A DNA stretch of 16,269 bases. It comes from a virus. The position numbers and the translations under genes are program-made. Of this stretch, positions 1 through 7,892 are shown piece after piece. The notes beneath the pieces are model-generated. The model worked only from the letters and a program-made list of their open reading frames with translations. It was not told where the DNA came from and ran no database searches. Where the stretch lies: UHGV virus genome UHGV-0094181; one strand, written 5' to 3'. Each line of letters begins with the position of its first letter. Position 1 is the stretch's first letter.

Positions 1-110
1 AAATTATCCTTATTATTTATACTAAGTTGGCATTATAAAAAAGCATTGCTTATCAATTTGTTGCAACGAACAGGTCACTATCAGTCAAAATAAAATCATT
101 ATTTGATTTC
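1..110. other. attL-type attachment site: lambda-like core/overlap (TTTATACTAA, about 16-25) followed by P' arm with IHF H'-like site (TATCAATTTGTTG, about 49-61) and three Int arm-type sites (AGGTCACTAT / CAGTCAAAAT / AAATCATTAT, 72-103)
   Basis: Sequence from about position 16 onward matches my recollection of the lambda attP core and P' arm; the 12-15 nt left of the overlap (AAATTATCCTTATTA) matches neither the lambda P arm nor canonical attB. Confidence 0.8.
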
Positions 111-1169
111 AATTTTGTCCCACTCCCTGCCTCTGTCATCACGATACTGTGATGCCATGGTGTCCGACTTATGCCCGAGAAGATGTTGAGCAAACTTATC
201 GCTTATCTGCTTCTCATAGAGTCTTGCAGACAAACTGCGCAACTCGTGAAAGGTAGGCGGATCCCCTTCGAAGGAAAGACCTGATGCTTTTCGTGCGCGC
301 ATAAAATACCTTGATACTGTGCCGGATGAAAGCGGTTCACGACGAGTAGATGCAATTATGGTTTCTCCGCCAAGAATCTCTTTGCATTTATCAAGTGTTT
401 CCTTCATTGATATCCCGAGAGCATCAACATGCAATGTTGTAGGTATGGCAATTTTTACGCCCGTTTTGCTTTGCTCGACATAAAGATATCCATCTACGAT
501 ATCAGACCACTTCATTTCGCATAAATCACCAACTCGCTGCCCGGTAACAACAGCCAGTTCCATTGCAAGTCTGAGCCAACATGGTGATGATTCTGCTGCT
601 TGATAAATTTTCAGGTATTCGTCAGCCGTAAGCCTTGATCTCCTTACCTCTGATTTTGCTGCGCGAGTGGCAGCGACCGGGTTTGTTGTTATATGGCCTT
701 CAGCTATTGCCTCTCGGAATGCATCGCTCAGTGTTGATCTGATTAACTTGGCTGATGCCGCCTTGCCCTCGTCTATGTATCCATTGAGCATTGCCGCAAT
801 TTCTTTTGTGGTGATGTCTTCAAGTGGAGCATCAGGCAGCCCCCTCCTTATTGCTTTAATTTTGCTCATGTAATTTATGAGTGTCTTCTGCTTGATTCCT
901 CTGCTGGCGAGGATTTTTTCGTAGCGATCAAGCCATGAATGTAACGTAACAGAATTATCACTGTTGATTCTCGCTGTCAGAGGCTTGTGTTTGTGTCCTG
1001 AAAATAACTCAATGTTTGCCTGTATTGCTTCAGTAATTGCTATCCTCCTGTCTCTGCCTAATCCAAACTCTTTACCCGTCCTTGGGTCCCTGTAGCAGTA
1101 ATATCCATTGTTTCTTATATAAAGGTTAGGGGGTAAATCCCGGCGCTCATGACTTCGCCTTCTTCCCAT
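99..1169 (-). CDS. int: Lambda-type integrase (tyrosine recombinase), 356 aa
   Basis: Translation MGRRRSHERRDLPPNLYIRNNGYYCYRDPRTGKEF... matches lambda Int as I recall it; sits next to att site; start overlaps xis 3' end as in lambda. Confidence 0.97.
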   Translation of the reverse strand: MGRRRSHERRDLPPNLYIRNNGYYCYRDPRTGKEFGLGRDRRIAITEAIQANIELFSGHKHKPLTARINSDNSVTLHSWLDRYEKILASRGIKQKTLINYMSKIKAIRRGLPDAPLEDITTKEIAAMLNGYIDEGKAASAKLIRSTLSDAFREAIAEGHITTNPVAATRAAKSEVRRSRLTADEYLKIYQAAESSPCWLRLAMELAVVTGQRVGDLCEMKWSDIVDGYLYVEQSKTGVKIAIPTTLHVDALGISMKETLDKCKEILGGETIIASTRREPLSSGTVSRYFMRARKASGLSFEGDPPTFHELRSLSARLYEKQISDKFAQHLLGHKSDTMASQYRDDRGREWDKIEIK

Positions 1170-1365
1170 TTCTGATCCTCTTCAAAAGGCTACCTGTTAC
1201 TGGTCGATTTAAGTCAACCTTTACCGCTGATTCGTGGAACAGATACTCTCTTCCATCCTTAACCGGAGGAGGGAATATCCTGCACTCGCGTACCCATCGA
1301 CGAACTGTTTCAAGGCTTCTTGGGCGTCGCTGGCGTGCGTTCCACTCCTGAAGTGTCAAGTACAT
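1147..1365 (-). CDS. xis: Excisionase, 72 aa
   Basis: Translation MYLTLQEWNARQRRPRSLETVRRWVRECRIFPPPVKDGREYLFHESAVKVDLNRP... matches lambda Xis; overlaps int start. Confidence 0.95.
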   Translation of the reverse strand: MYLTLQEWNARQRRPRSLETVRRWVRECRIFPPPVKDGREYLFHESAVKVDLNRPVTGSLLKRIRNGKKAKS

Positions 1366-1377
1366 CGCAAAGTCTCC

Positions 1378-1391
1378 GCAATTACACGCAA
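1378..1391 (-). promoter_or_regulatory. pI-like CII-dependent promoter element (TTGC-N6-TTGC on minus strand) inside xis 5' region
   Basis: Minus-strand TTGCGTGTAATTGC in the position of the lambda pI CII box. Confidence 0.55.
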
Positions 1392-1412
1392 GAAAAAACC
1401 GCCATCAGGCGG
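1391..1412 (-). terminator. Hairpin CCGCC-TGAT-GGCGG followed by T6CTT on minus strand (intrinsic terminator-like) at the orf55-like stop
   Basis: 5-bp GC stem, 4-nt loop containing the stop codon, then TTTTTTCTT on the transcribed strand. Confidence 0.5.
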
Positions 1413-1572
1413 CTTGGTGTTCTTTCAGTTCTTCAAATCGAATATTGGTTACGTCTGCATGTGCTATCTGCTCCCATATCATCCAGTGGTCATAGCAGTC
1501 GTTGAAGTCCTCTGCTTCGATAACCCTGTTGAATGGTTCTCCATTCCATTCACCTGTGACTCGAAAGTGCAT
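1405..1572 (-). CDS. 55-aa protein (MHFRVTGEWNGEPFNRVIEAEDFNDCYDHWMIWEQIAHADVTNIRFEELKEHQAA), resembles lambda orf55-type small protein upstream of xis
   Basis: Below ORF-track size cutoff; found by manual translation; ATG preceded by GGAG at about 8 nt; position matches the small ORF upstream of xis in lambda (recollection, not verified). Confidence 0.55.
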   Translation of the reverse strand: MHFRVTGEWNGEPFNRVIEAEDFNDCYDHWMIWEQIAHADVTNIRFEELKEHQAA

Positions 1573-1585
1573 TTATCATCTCCAT

Positions 1586-1610
1586 AAAACAAAACTCGCC
1601 GTAGCGAGTT
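1586..1610 (-). terminator. Hairpin AACTCGC-TACG-GCGAGTT followed by TTGTTTTAT on minus strand (terminator/attenuator-like) just upstream of the orf55-like gene
   Basis: 7-bp stem, 4-nt loop, U-rich tail on transcribed strand. Confidence 0.4.
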
Positions 1611-1679
1611 CAGATAAAAGAAATCCCCGCGAGTGCGAGGATTGTTATTCACCTTTGACGGCAAGTTGCAGGTTAGCCA

Positions 1680-1940
1680 TTACCGCACCTCCAGTCTCCA
1701 TACCGCCTGACCAATCCGGCTGGCATAGGTATCTTTGGATACTGCTCCGTCTTTAGCCAGCTCCATAAGAATTTTGCGCAAATCTGCCGAACGCCATTCC
1801 TCATCAGGAAATTCCTTCTCCATTGCCAACCGCAGATTCCAGGTTGCTATCGTGAATGGATATTCCCCGCCGAGAGCTTTCTCTTGCAGGGCAGAACGGG
1901 AACGCATCACCTGCAAAACCTTCTCTTTTACATCCATCAT
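1680..1940 (-). CDS. Hypothetical protein, 86 aa (start at ATGATG with AGGAGG RBS; ORF-track ORF extends further upstream)
   Basis: AGGAGGCAAA-ATG; start overlaps stop of upstream gene (ATGA); function not recognised. Confidence 0.6.
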   Translation of the reverse strand: MMDVKEKVLQVMRSRSALQEKALGGEYPFTIATWNLRLAMEKEFPDEEWRSADLRKILMELAKDGAVSKDTYASRIGQAVWRLEVR

Positions 1941-2494
1941 TTTGCCTCCTGCGGCGGTTCCGGTAGCGGCATCCAGTGTGATGGTATCCACGACGCACCT
2001 GGAATTATCCACCCATCATTAGCGTCAGGATGCCCCGGGATGTAAGTCGCCCATTTCATTCGCCAGTCACCTTTCCTGTCAAACTCCCTGGCAACAAGAA
2101 CGGCTGTTTTGGTATCCGGCATTCGCTCACTACAGCTTATCCAACCATCCGGAGTTACCGGCGCTGGCTGGGCGGTATAAAGCGGTGTTATATCTGCCCG
2201 AAAATTACATGCTTTATGCAGCCGCACCCACCGTTCGACTTCTGCTTTGTCAGAATACATACCAGTGAACGTGTTATATTCACGGTCAATTTGCGTGAAT
2301 GTTACCTTCCACGCCACCGGCTCTGCTTCCAGCGATGCCAGTGCAATCCGTGCCAGTTCCAGTTCCCGTTCAACCATCTCAAGAACAACTTTGCAGTCCT
2401 CACCTTCTTTGCTAGCACGTCCTTTCAAGTCTTCCAGATAACTAACGCTTTCGCGTGCATGGGAGATTAACTGTTCTTTGGTAAAAGTTGTCAT
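1937..2494 (-). CDS. Ead/Ea22-like N-terminal module fused to DUF551-like C-terminal domain, about 185 aa
   Basis: C-terminal DGWISCSERMPD...W..HWMPLPEPP pattern typical of DUF551 as I recall it; N-terminal ARIALASLEAEPVAW / TPLY..PAPV module shared with ORF 3083-3475; internal ATG with AAGGA RBS chosen over TTG start at 2584. Confidence 0.7.
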   Translation of the reverse strand: MTTFTKEQLISHARESVSYLEDLKGRASKEGEDCKVVLEMVERELELARIALASLEAEPVAWKVTFTQIDREYNTFTGMYSDKAEVERWVRLHKACNFRADITPLYTAQPAPVTPDGWISCSERMPDTKTAVLVAREFDRKGDWRMKWATYIPGHPDANDGWIIPGASWIPSHWMPLPEPPQEAK

Positions 2495-2495
2495 A

Positions 2496-2714
2496 TCAGC
2501 TTTCCTTGTACGGGTTAATTTTATTGTGTAGTGCGTTGAACGACGCCCATACCACGTCGTTATACAATTCAATAACTGGCTCAATTATTTTCCCGATTGC
2601 CCAGACAAAAATTAGCGGGGATATCGGTATCATCAACACGATAAACAGAATGAGAAACATGATTTCTATTGTCCTGCTTCTTCGCGGATATTCTTTTCTG
2701 AATAATGTAGGCAC
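2496..2714 (-). CDS. Small predicted membrane protein, 72 aa (GTG start), single hydrophobic helix IMFLILFIVLMIPISPLIFVWAIG
   Basis: AAGGAGA RBS 5 nt upstream of GTG; stop abuts next gene start; hydrophobic stretch visible in translation. Confidence 0.5.
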   Translation of the reverse strand: MPTLFRKEYPRRSRTIEIMFLILFIVLMIPISPLIFVWAIGKIIEPVIELYNDVVWASFNALHNKINPYKES

Positions 2715-2715
2715 A

Positions 2716-2904
2716 TCACTCTCCTTTAGTGCGCAAGTGGTTTTTCCAGCGGTTTTGCGCCGCGCTGGGTTTGTTAAGAAAACACATCACGATATCAGCC
2801 GTGTTTGTGAACAATCCCATTCTGCGGTTACTGAGTTTTAACCATTGCTGGACGCCGCGCGCGTTTCTACAGGTCAAAAGAATTTTTGCTTTACGGTTTT
2901 TCAT
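2716..2904 (-). CDS. Hypothetical small protein, 62 aa
   Basis: AGGAGA RBS about 8 nt upstream of ATG; start overlaps upstream stop (ATGA). Confidence 0.5.
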   Translation of the reverse strand: MKNRKAKILLTCRNARGVQQWLKLSNRRMGLFTNTADIVMCFLNKPSAAQNRWKNHLRTKGE

Positions 2905-3083
2905 CGTTTTGTTCTCCTGCGTTTGCGTTTCTTTGCTGCTCGTCGTGCCGCTGCAATACCGGTATGGCGGCGCTTTGGTGCCGGGATGATGTTGTCAGCC
3001 ATCAGGACATGTGGCTTTGCAATTAGCGCAGGAGCCCAAAAACGAGTCGGGTACGTTAACAAGCCGAAAAATGCCACACGCAT
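2901..3083 (-). CDS. Hypothetical small protein, 60 aa, hydrophobic N-terminus and very basic C-terminus (RRAAKKRKRRRTKR)
   Basis: GGAGGT RBS 5 nt upstream of ATG; TAATG overlap with upstream gene; composition unusual so coding status uncertain. Confidence 0.4.
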   Translation of the reverse strand: MRVAFFGLLTYPTRFWAPALIAKPHVLMADNIIPAPKRRHTGIAAARRAAKKRKRRRTKR

Positions 3084-3475
3084 TACTCACCTCCCTTACC
3101 CTGAAGCATGGCGGCGCGATAGGCGTTCCAGCCGACAGCTTTTCCGTGTTCAAACGCGCTGTCAAAGTCATCATCAATTTCCATCGCAGCGGGCACAGAT
3201 ACCGGCGCTGGCGGGGAGGCGTAAAGCGGCGTTACTTCTCGCAGCGGGTCGGCATAAGCATTGCCACTATCGAAGCTGACGTTGTTTTTTGCCCCGCCTC
3301 CTGACAGCAACCACGCCACCGGCTCCGCTTCGAGCGATGCCAGTGCGATACGCGCATTATTAATCAGGAGGCTATCAGCAGGAGATAAAACAACATGAGC
3401 GTTTCCCTCCGCATCAATTTCAGAATTCGTAATTTTTCTGAACAGCTTTGCCAGTTCTCTGGTAATAGTGCTCAT
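3083..3475 (-). CDS. Ead/Ea22-like protein, 130 aa
   Basis: Shares ARIALASLEAEPVAW and TPLYASPPAPV motifs with the N-terminal part of ORF 1937-2494; family assignment from memory of Ead/Ea22-like phage proteins. Confidence 0.65.
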   Translation of the reverse strand: MSTITRELAKLFRKITNSEIDAEGNAHVVLSPADSLLINNARIALASLEAEPVAWLLSGGGAKNNVSFDSGNAYADPLREVTPLYASPPAPVSVPAAMEIDDDFDSAFEHGKAVGWNAYRAAMLQGKGGE

Positions 3476-3744
3476 GGGCGAATCTCCGTCCTGCCACCAA
3501 GTAAGCGGATTGCCACTCGTTCCCGGAAGGTAAGCGGTCGATGGTGTCCGCGGGCATTAACAATTTCAGGCTTTCCATTAGGCGGATAATTGACCCTGAC
3601 CGATTGACCATCTAGCGCGTGAGAAGCCTCGAGTAGTGCTGACTTTAAGTGCGCAGGGCACTCTTTCTGCACCCACTCGCCGTCTGAAATGACACCTGCA
3701 ATCCCCTGAAGCATGCTGGCTAAATTGCTGAGATAATTTTTCAC
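3472..3744 (-). CDS. Hypothetical protein, about 90 aa (probable start at second GTG)
   Basis: AAAGGAGA RBS; ATGA-type overlap with downstream gene start at 3475; not recognised. Confidence 0.5.
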   Translation of the reverse strand: MKNYLSNLASMLQGIAGVISDGEWVQKECPAHLKSALLEASHALDGQSVRVNYPPNGKPEIVNARGHHRPLTFRERVAIRLLGGRTEIRP

Positions 3745-3746
3745 AT

Positions 3747-4187
3747 TCACTCTCCTTTACCGGTGCCATAGGCAGATAAGCACTCTTCAAATCCAGCCTG
3801 ATTATCCGTTTGACCAAAACTGAAGCCATGCTGAAGACCATGACGAAATGCGCTATCTTGCAATTTATCTGCGGTTTCGAGCTTCGCCTCCAGTTCTGCT
3901 ATGCGCTCTTCATAGCGAGCACCAACCGATACGGCTTTATGGAAGGCTTCGCACCACTTTGACGATTGCGCCTGCATCTTCTCCAGCTCATCCAGCAGCG
4001 CCAGCACGGTAGTGGGGTTTGCTGCGGAGTTCAGCGCGTTCAAGGCAGTGATATCTGCATCAAGCTGAGTTCCTTCTGCCAGTGAGATATCGAAAATGTC
4101 ATCAGGCGGCATAACACTAAGGCGCTCATGTGCGCCAACTGCTGCCGCTGCGATTTCACGCAGCGCCTGTTTGTCGATGTTTCTCAT
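3747..4187 (-). CDS. Ead/Ea22-like protein, 146 aa; N-terminal 68 aa nearly identical to ORF 4184-4711
   Basis: AGGAGG RBS 7 nt upstream; MRNIDKQALREIAAAAVGAHERL... N-terminus duplicated; start overlaps upstream stop (ATGA). Confidence 0.65.
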   Translation of the reverse strand: MRNIDKQALREIAAAAVGAHERLSVMPPDDIFDISLAEGTQLDADITALNALNSAANPTTVLALLDELEKMQAQSSKWCEAFHKAVSVGARYEERIAELEAKLETADKLQDSAFRHGLQHGFSFGQTDNQAGFEECLSAYGTGKGE

Positions 4188-4194
4188 TGGGCGG
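3999..4194. repeat. Direct repeat copy 1 (196 bp perfect match to 4523-4718)
   Basis: Aligned by eye: identical from cgccagcacgg... to ...cattgggcgg; one mismatch at 3998 just outside. Confidence 0.85.
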
Positions 4195-4711
4195 CCTCCT
4201 GGCGGTCTATGCGTTCAATTTCAGCCAGAATAAGTGCGCCAGCTTTTACTAAGTCGCGGCGTGCTCCTGATTGCTTCCACCAGTCAGGAGACCACGGCCA
4301 ATGTGCTGGAGTGGAGAAACCTTGGTTGTGCGCATGAATTGCGTAACAAGCCGCTGCATCTGCTAATTCGCTATTTTGATATGCGTTGTCATGTTCAGGA
4401 GTCCATCCTTCAACCGACTGTTGCCGCTGGCGTTCTGCTACCACATCAAGAATTGCGGGATTGAATGCGCCCCCCTCCAGTTCTGCTATGCGCTTCTCTG
4501 CGGCTTCCAACTCATCCAGCATCGCCAGCACGGTAGTGGGGTTTGCTGCGGAGTTCAGCGCGTTCAAGGCAGTGATATCTGCATCAAGCTGAGTTCCTTC
4601 TGCCAGTGAGATATCGAAAATGTCATCAGGCGGCATAACACTAAGGCGCTCATGTGCGCCAACTGCTGCCGCTGCGATTTCACGCAGCGCCTGTTTGTCG
4701 ATGTTTCTCAT
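4184..4711 (-). CDS. Ead/Ea22-like protein with DUF550-like C-terminal domain, 175 aa
   Basis: C-terminal EGWTPEHDNAYQ...HWPWSPDWWKQSGARRDLVKAGALILAEIERIDR resembles DUF550 as I recall it; N-terminus duplicated in 3747-4187. Confidence 0.7.
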   Translation of the reverse strand: MRNIDKQALREIAAAAVGAHERLSVMPPDDIFDISLAEGTQLDADITALNALNSAANPTTVLAMLDELEAAEKRIAELEGGAFNPAILDVVAERQRQQSVEGWTPEHDNAYQNSELADAAACYAIHAHNQGFSTPAHWPWSPDWWKQSGARRDLVKAGALILAEIERIDRQEAAQ

Positions 4712-4718
4712 TGGGCGG
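4523..4718. repeat. Direct repeat copy 2 (196 bp perfect match to 3999-4194)
   Basis: See copy 1; offset 524 bp. Confidence 0.85.
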
Positions 4719-4980
4719 TTCCTTCGTAACCGATGGCTTCTGCAATTTCAGCAAGTGTCTCTGCACTTTCACCCACTGGCTCATTCATCCAGTCGAAGGA
4801 AACAAGCTTACCGCCTTCGATAACGCCGATGTTGAAATCATCACTACCTTGTGTTTTCAGACCATGCTTGATTGCCTTATCGCGCTTATCGAAGTCAACG
4901 CCGTCTGTCGTGTATTCAACTCCATGGCCTTTCTCGTTGCACCACCAGTACTGCTGAATAACGATGTATGATTTGCTCAT
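4708..4980 (-). CDS. Hypothetical protein, 90 aa
   Basis: AAAGGAG RBS; ATGA overlaps at both ends (4977-4980 and 4708-4711); not recognised. Confidence 0.6.
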   Translation of the reverse strand: MSKSYIVIQQYWWCNEKGHGVEYTTDGVDFDKRDKAIKHGLKTQGSDDFNIGVIEGGKLVSFDWMNEPVGESAETLAEIAEAIGYEGTAQ

Positions 4981-5630
4981 GACTGCACTCCTTTGCGAAT
5001 CTGCTCCCTGAACAAGCGGGCTGAGACGATGATGTCTCTGATGCGTACTGATTTTTCGTCGAACTGCTCACCACCGTTTTTAATATGCGCATCCAGTTCT
5101 GCACTGTGATGCCGAATGAAAGCGTTGAGGTCATGCGCCCGCACTTCAGCCAGGAAATCGTCGGTGGCTGGGGTTGACTCTTGTGGTGACACAGCAACAC
5201 GAATGGCATCAAGTGCCGGGTCTGTATCTACTGTAGGAACCTTGATATAACCCAGTTGCACACCGTTCATGATGAACGTTCGACGGTCCTCACATGTCGC
5301 CTTCAGTCCCGCATTCTCAGCAGCCAGCGTATTGCGTTCATGAGCAAGTTTTTCTGTTTCTTCTTGCGCCAGTTTGTTGACCTGTTCAGCTACTTCCATG
5401 AGTTCGTTAATCACATTTATCTTTGCAGCCATCTTCGCGCATTTAGCCTCAAGGTTATCAATCGTGATTCCAGCAGAACGACACTCCCGCAACGCCGTTT
5501 CCAGTTTTGATTCAAGTTCACCGAACTTACGGACAAGATATTCAGCGTTTGTTTCGTTAACCTTTAAATCTCGTGGGATGCATTTACCTTTCAGAAAACC
5601 ATCCATCTCAATTAGTGACATTTGTTTCAT
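4977..5630 (-). CDS. Hypothetical coiled-coil protein, about 217 aa (start at ATG 5630; ORF-track GTG at 5648 less likely)
   Basis: ATG overlaps stop of upstream 54-aa ORF (ATGA); N-terminal heptad-like charged region. Confidence 0.6.
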   Translation of the reverse strand: MKQMSLIEMDGFLKGKCIPRDLKVNETNAEYLVRKFGELESKLETALRECRSAGITIDNLEAKCAKMAAKINVINELMEVAEQVNKLAQEETEKLAHERNTLAAENAGLKATCEDRRTFIMNGVQLGYIKVPTVDTDPALDAIRVAVSPQESTPATDDFLAEVRAHDLNAFIRHHSAELDAHIKNGGEQFDEKSVRIRDIIVSARLFREQIRKGVQS

Positions 5631-5791
5631 TTTTTCCCACTCCGCCACATCGCATTCAGATGTTTGTTTTGATTTACTGACGGAAAAGAATTTCTCTTAA
5701 GCAATTCCTCTCTCGATGGCATTGGCTTTACGCGTTGGCGAATAATCATTTCTGCCGGAAGAATGCCGGGATTGTATGCAAGTCCTCTCAT
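5627..5791 (-). CDS. Unlisted small ORF, 54 aa ([54 protein letters not shown])
   Basis: Below ORF-track cutoff; GAGGA RBS 7-8 nt upstream of ATG; stop overlaps next gene start (ATGA). Confidence 0.4.
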   Translation of the reverse strand: MRGLAYNPGILPAEMIIRQRVKPMPSREELLKRNSFPSVNQNKHLNAMWRSGKK

Positions 5792-5807
5792 GGTAAATTC
5801 CTCTTTG

Positions 5808-6122
5808 TTAATTTATTCGTATGCCTGCTCTTTCTTCATCGAGTTTTTTTAGCTTGTATCGCATAGCTCTTACTGAATAAATTGAGCGGCAGGTTGCAAT
5901 TGCTATTTCTTCTGCGGAGAACTTACCGAAAAGTGATACTTCGGCTCTTGTCCATCGTCTTCCACGAAGTCGGTTAACAATGTCAGCGCCAATCCTTGTT
6001 GCTTTTGCCATTACTGCTTTTTCAGTCCTTTCCAGTTTTTCAGCGATAACTTCAACTGGCATTGTCGCCGCTACTTCGCGCAAGAAATCGACTTCCCATT
6101 TCTCCCATGGAGTCTTTTTCAT
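5808..6122 (-). CDS. Hypothetical protein, 104 aa, with two internally repeated W-x2-E...helix-turn-helix-like segments (possible DNA-binding protein)
   Basis: Internal repeat visible in translation ([40 protein letters not shown] / [35 protein letters not shown]); weak RBS, 11 nt after upstream stop. Confidence 0.55.
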   Translation of the reverse strand: MKKTPWEKWEVDFLREVAATMPVEVIAEKLERTEKAVMAKATRIGADIVNRLRGRRWTRAEVSLFGKFSAEEIAIATCRSIYSVRAMRYKLKKLDEERAGIRIN

Positions 6123-6133
6123 AGGCGATACCG

Positions 6134-6616
6134 TTATTTGATAAGAAGTGAAGGTTTCCCAACTTTGAGTTGAGCGCCGGGGATATTTATTCCTGCTTTT
6201 AGTTGGTGTTTGATTGCCAGTTTGTCGGCTTTAATTGTCGTTTCAAACTCAACGTATTCAGGAGGAAGGGCGCTTGAGTCGATGATTTCTACAATTTCTG
6301 ACGGTTTGCGGATTGTTACCTGGTGAATACCTGCTCGAATCTTTTTCTTGCCAACCATTTCAAGCGATGACGCTATATATGATTTGATGCTGTCAATCTT
6401 ATTTTGAATTACTGCGGCTCGCTCATTTAGTGACTTTGCCTCTTCCTTGAGGCGTTCAGCATAACCAGATTCATTTTTAATAATGGCAAGAAGTTGCTCT
6501 ATTTTATCGGTAAATTCTCCTTCCATGCCTTCTATTGTGTCAGCAATCATCTCTGGTTCTAAATCTGAATCCATCAATTTTGCGTATTCATTGGCTATTT
6601 CATATAGTTTGCTCAC
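6134..6616 (-). CDS. Siphovirus Gp157-like protein, about 160 aa (GTG start after GGAGG)
   Basis: Size, composition and position next to recT fit the Gp157 family as I recall it; no ATG in frame, GGAGG-N6-GTG. Confidence 0.6.
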   Translation of the reverse strand: MSKLYEIANEYAKLMDSDLEPEMIADTIEGMEGEFTDKIEQLLAIIKNESGYAERLKEEAKSLNERAAVIQNKIDSIKSYIASSLEMVGKKKIRAGIHQVTIRKPSEIVEIIDSSALPPEYVEFETTIKADKLAIKHQLKAGINIPGAQLKVGKPSLLIK

Positions 6617-7514
6617 TGGCAACCTCCAGTTTAGCTTTGCATTCTATGTAAATGGCTTGTACGTTCTGCTGCAATTTCATTCCAGATGTCAGGCGATATG
6701 CTTCTGCAAAATATCGCTTCAAATCATCCATCTTTTCTGCCTGAGCCATTTCATCACAAAGAAGTTGTGCTTTTTCCATTATTTCCTGCTGGCGTTTCCG
6801 TTCATCTTCGCGGATATCTTCCTCTGATTTGTGCGGCATAACTGGTTCAGTCCACACACCTTCTTCTTCGTTTAGTACGTGAATAGCACTATCAAGACGT
6901 GATGCCTTAGGCCAATACTTGCTTGCACGCTTTACGACCGTCTTTCGCGCCATCTCATTCCAGTGATTTACCCATGGTCCTTTATCGCTGAATGCTGCCT
7001 TGCTTGTTTTCCTTACAGCCTCAATTTCAGCCAGACTCATCTCTTCCGTTAGATAATCACCTGCTGGCGTCTTAACTGTGCAGTAAACGCCAACGATATC
7101 ACCACGATCACCGAAGGCGTTGTATTTATGGGTTGGTGCTTTATCAAGCCCGTTTGACTCATAGGTATCGTTAGCATGAACAAGTTTTGCCTGACCCCAT
7201 GAGATAACACCAGACTCCATTGCAATATGGAGCAATCCCATATAGCTGATATCAAGGCAAACCATGCCGTCGCGCGGAACCAGATAAGCCAGTTTGCTGG
7301 CCGGGTTTAAGGTGATGCCGATCGCCGCAACGTTGATGATAGCGTTCTGTGCGCTGGTCGGATTTGCCAGTGCTGTTTTAGCCAGGTAATCATTTTTCTG
7401 GAAATACTGAATTGCAAACTGGCTTTCCTTAGCCCATGTGACTGATTGGTCTGTAACCGCCCCAACAAAGAGCGGCTCTTGCTGTTTAACGAACTCAACA
7501 ATGCTCATGCTCAT
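6600..7514 (-). CDS. recT: RecT-family single-strand annealing protein, 304 aa
   Basis: Conserved core ...ITLNPASKLAYLVPRDGMVCLDISYMGLLHIA... typical of RecT/Redbeta-class SSAPs; follows gam. Confidence 0.88.
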   Translation of the reverse strand: MSMSIVEFVKQQEPLFVGAVTDQSVTWAKESQFAIQYFQKNDYLAKTALANPTSAQNAIINVAAIGITLNPASKLAYLVPRDGMVCLDISYMGLLHIAMESGVISWGQAKLVHANDTYESNGLDKAPTHKYNAFGDRGDIVGVYCTVKTPAGDYLTEEMSLAEIEAVRKTSKAAFSDKGPWVNHWNEMARKTVVKRASKYWPKASRLDSAIHVLNEEEGVWTEPVMPHKSEEDIREDERKRQQEIMEKAQLLCDEMAQAEKMDDLKRYFAEAYRLTSGMKLQQNVQAIYIECKAKLEVASEQTI

Positions 7515-7516
7515 CG

Positions 7517-7813
7517 TTACTGTCCCTCATCAATATCTGTTTGGTGGCGAGCAATTGTCTCTGCCATGTAGCGAATAAATTCAGCGGCCCTTTCCTGAAA
7601 CTCGACGTCATCATCGAATGCTTTGGAAATGGCATTCTTGCTGGCCCCGCGACGTTGCAACTCGTCAACGCACAACGATTCCAGTTTGCTCTGTGGCAAT
7701 CCTTTTTCGAGGTCATCAGCCAGTTCAGATTCACGCTCTTCTCTGGCTATTTGCTGATAATGGCGCGTCCAGTTCTGCGCCTCGATACGGTCTTGAACGA
7801 GATATGCAGCCAT
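7517..7813 (-). CDS. gam: Gam host-nuclease (RecBCD) inhibitor, short GamS-like form, 98 aa
   Basis: [41 protein letters not shown]...[11 protein letters not shown]... closely matches lambda GamS from memory; AGGAG RBS 7 nt upstream; a longer ATG-initiated ORF to 7942 exists without RBS. Confidence 0.85.
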   Translation of the reverse strand: MAAYLVQDRIEAQNWTRHYQQIAREERESELADDLEKGLPQSKLESLCVDELQRRGASKNAISKAFDDDVEFQERAAEFIRYMAETIARHQTDIDEGQ

Positions 7814-7892
7814 AATAGGCTCCTGAAATTTGGTTGTGCGCTGCCCGTCTGCGATAGCCGGACGAGTAGGGGTAATGGGTGTTTGGTGTGGT

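Noticed and set aside
1234-1587. 117-aa plus-strand ORF
   Set aside because: Antisense to xis and the orf55-like gene; no RBS; the lambda-like leftward genes explain this DNA.
1937-2584. Full 215-aa version of the DUF551 ORF starting at 2584
   Set aside because: Starts with TTG and would overlap the 72-aa gene entirely; the internal ATG at 2494 has an RBS and abuts the upstream stop.
2845-3279. 144-aa plus-strand ORF (and neighbouring plus-strand ORFs 2729-2989, 3011-3304)
   Set aside because: Overlap a run of minus-strand genes that have RBSs and coupled stop/start codons; Arg/Ala-rich composition typical of out-of-frame reading of GC-rich coding DNA.
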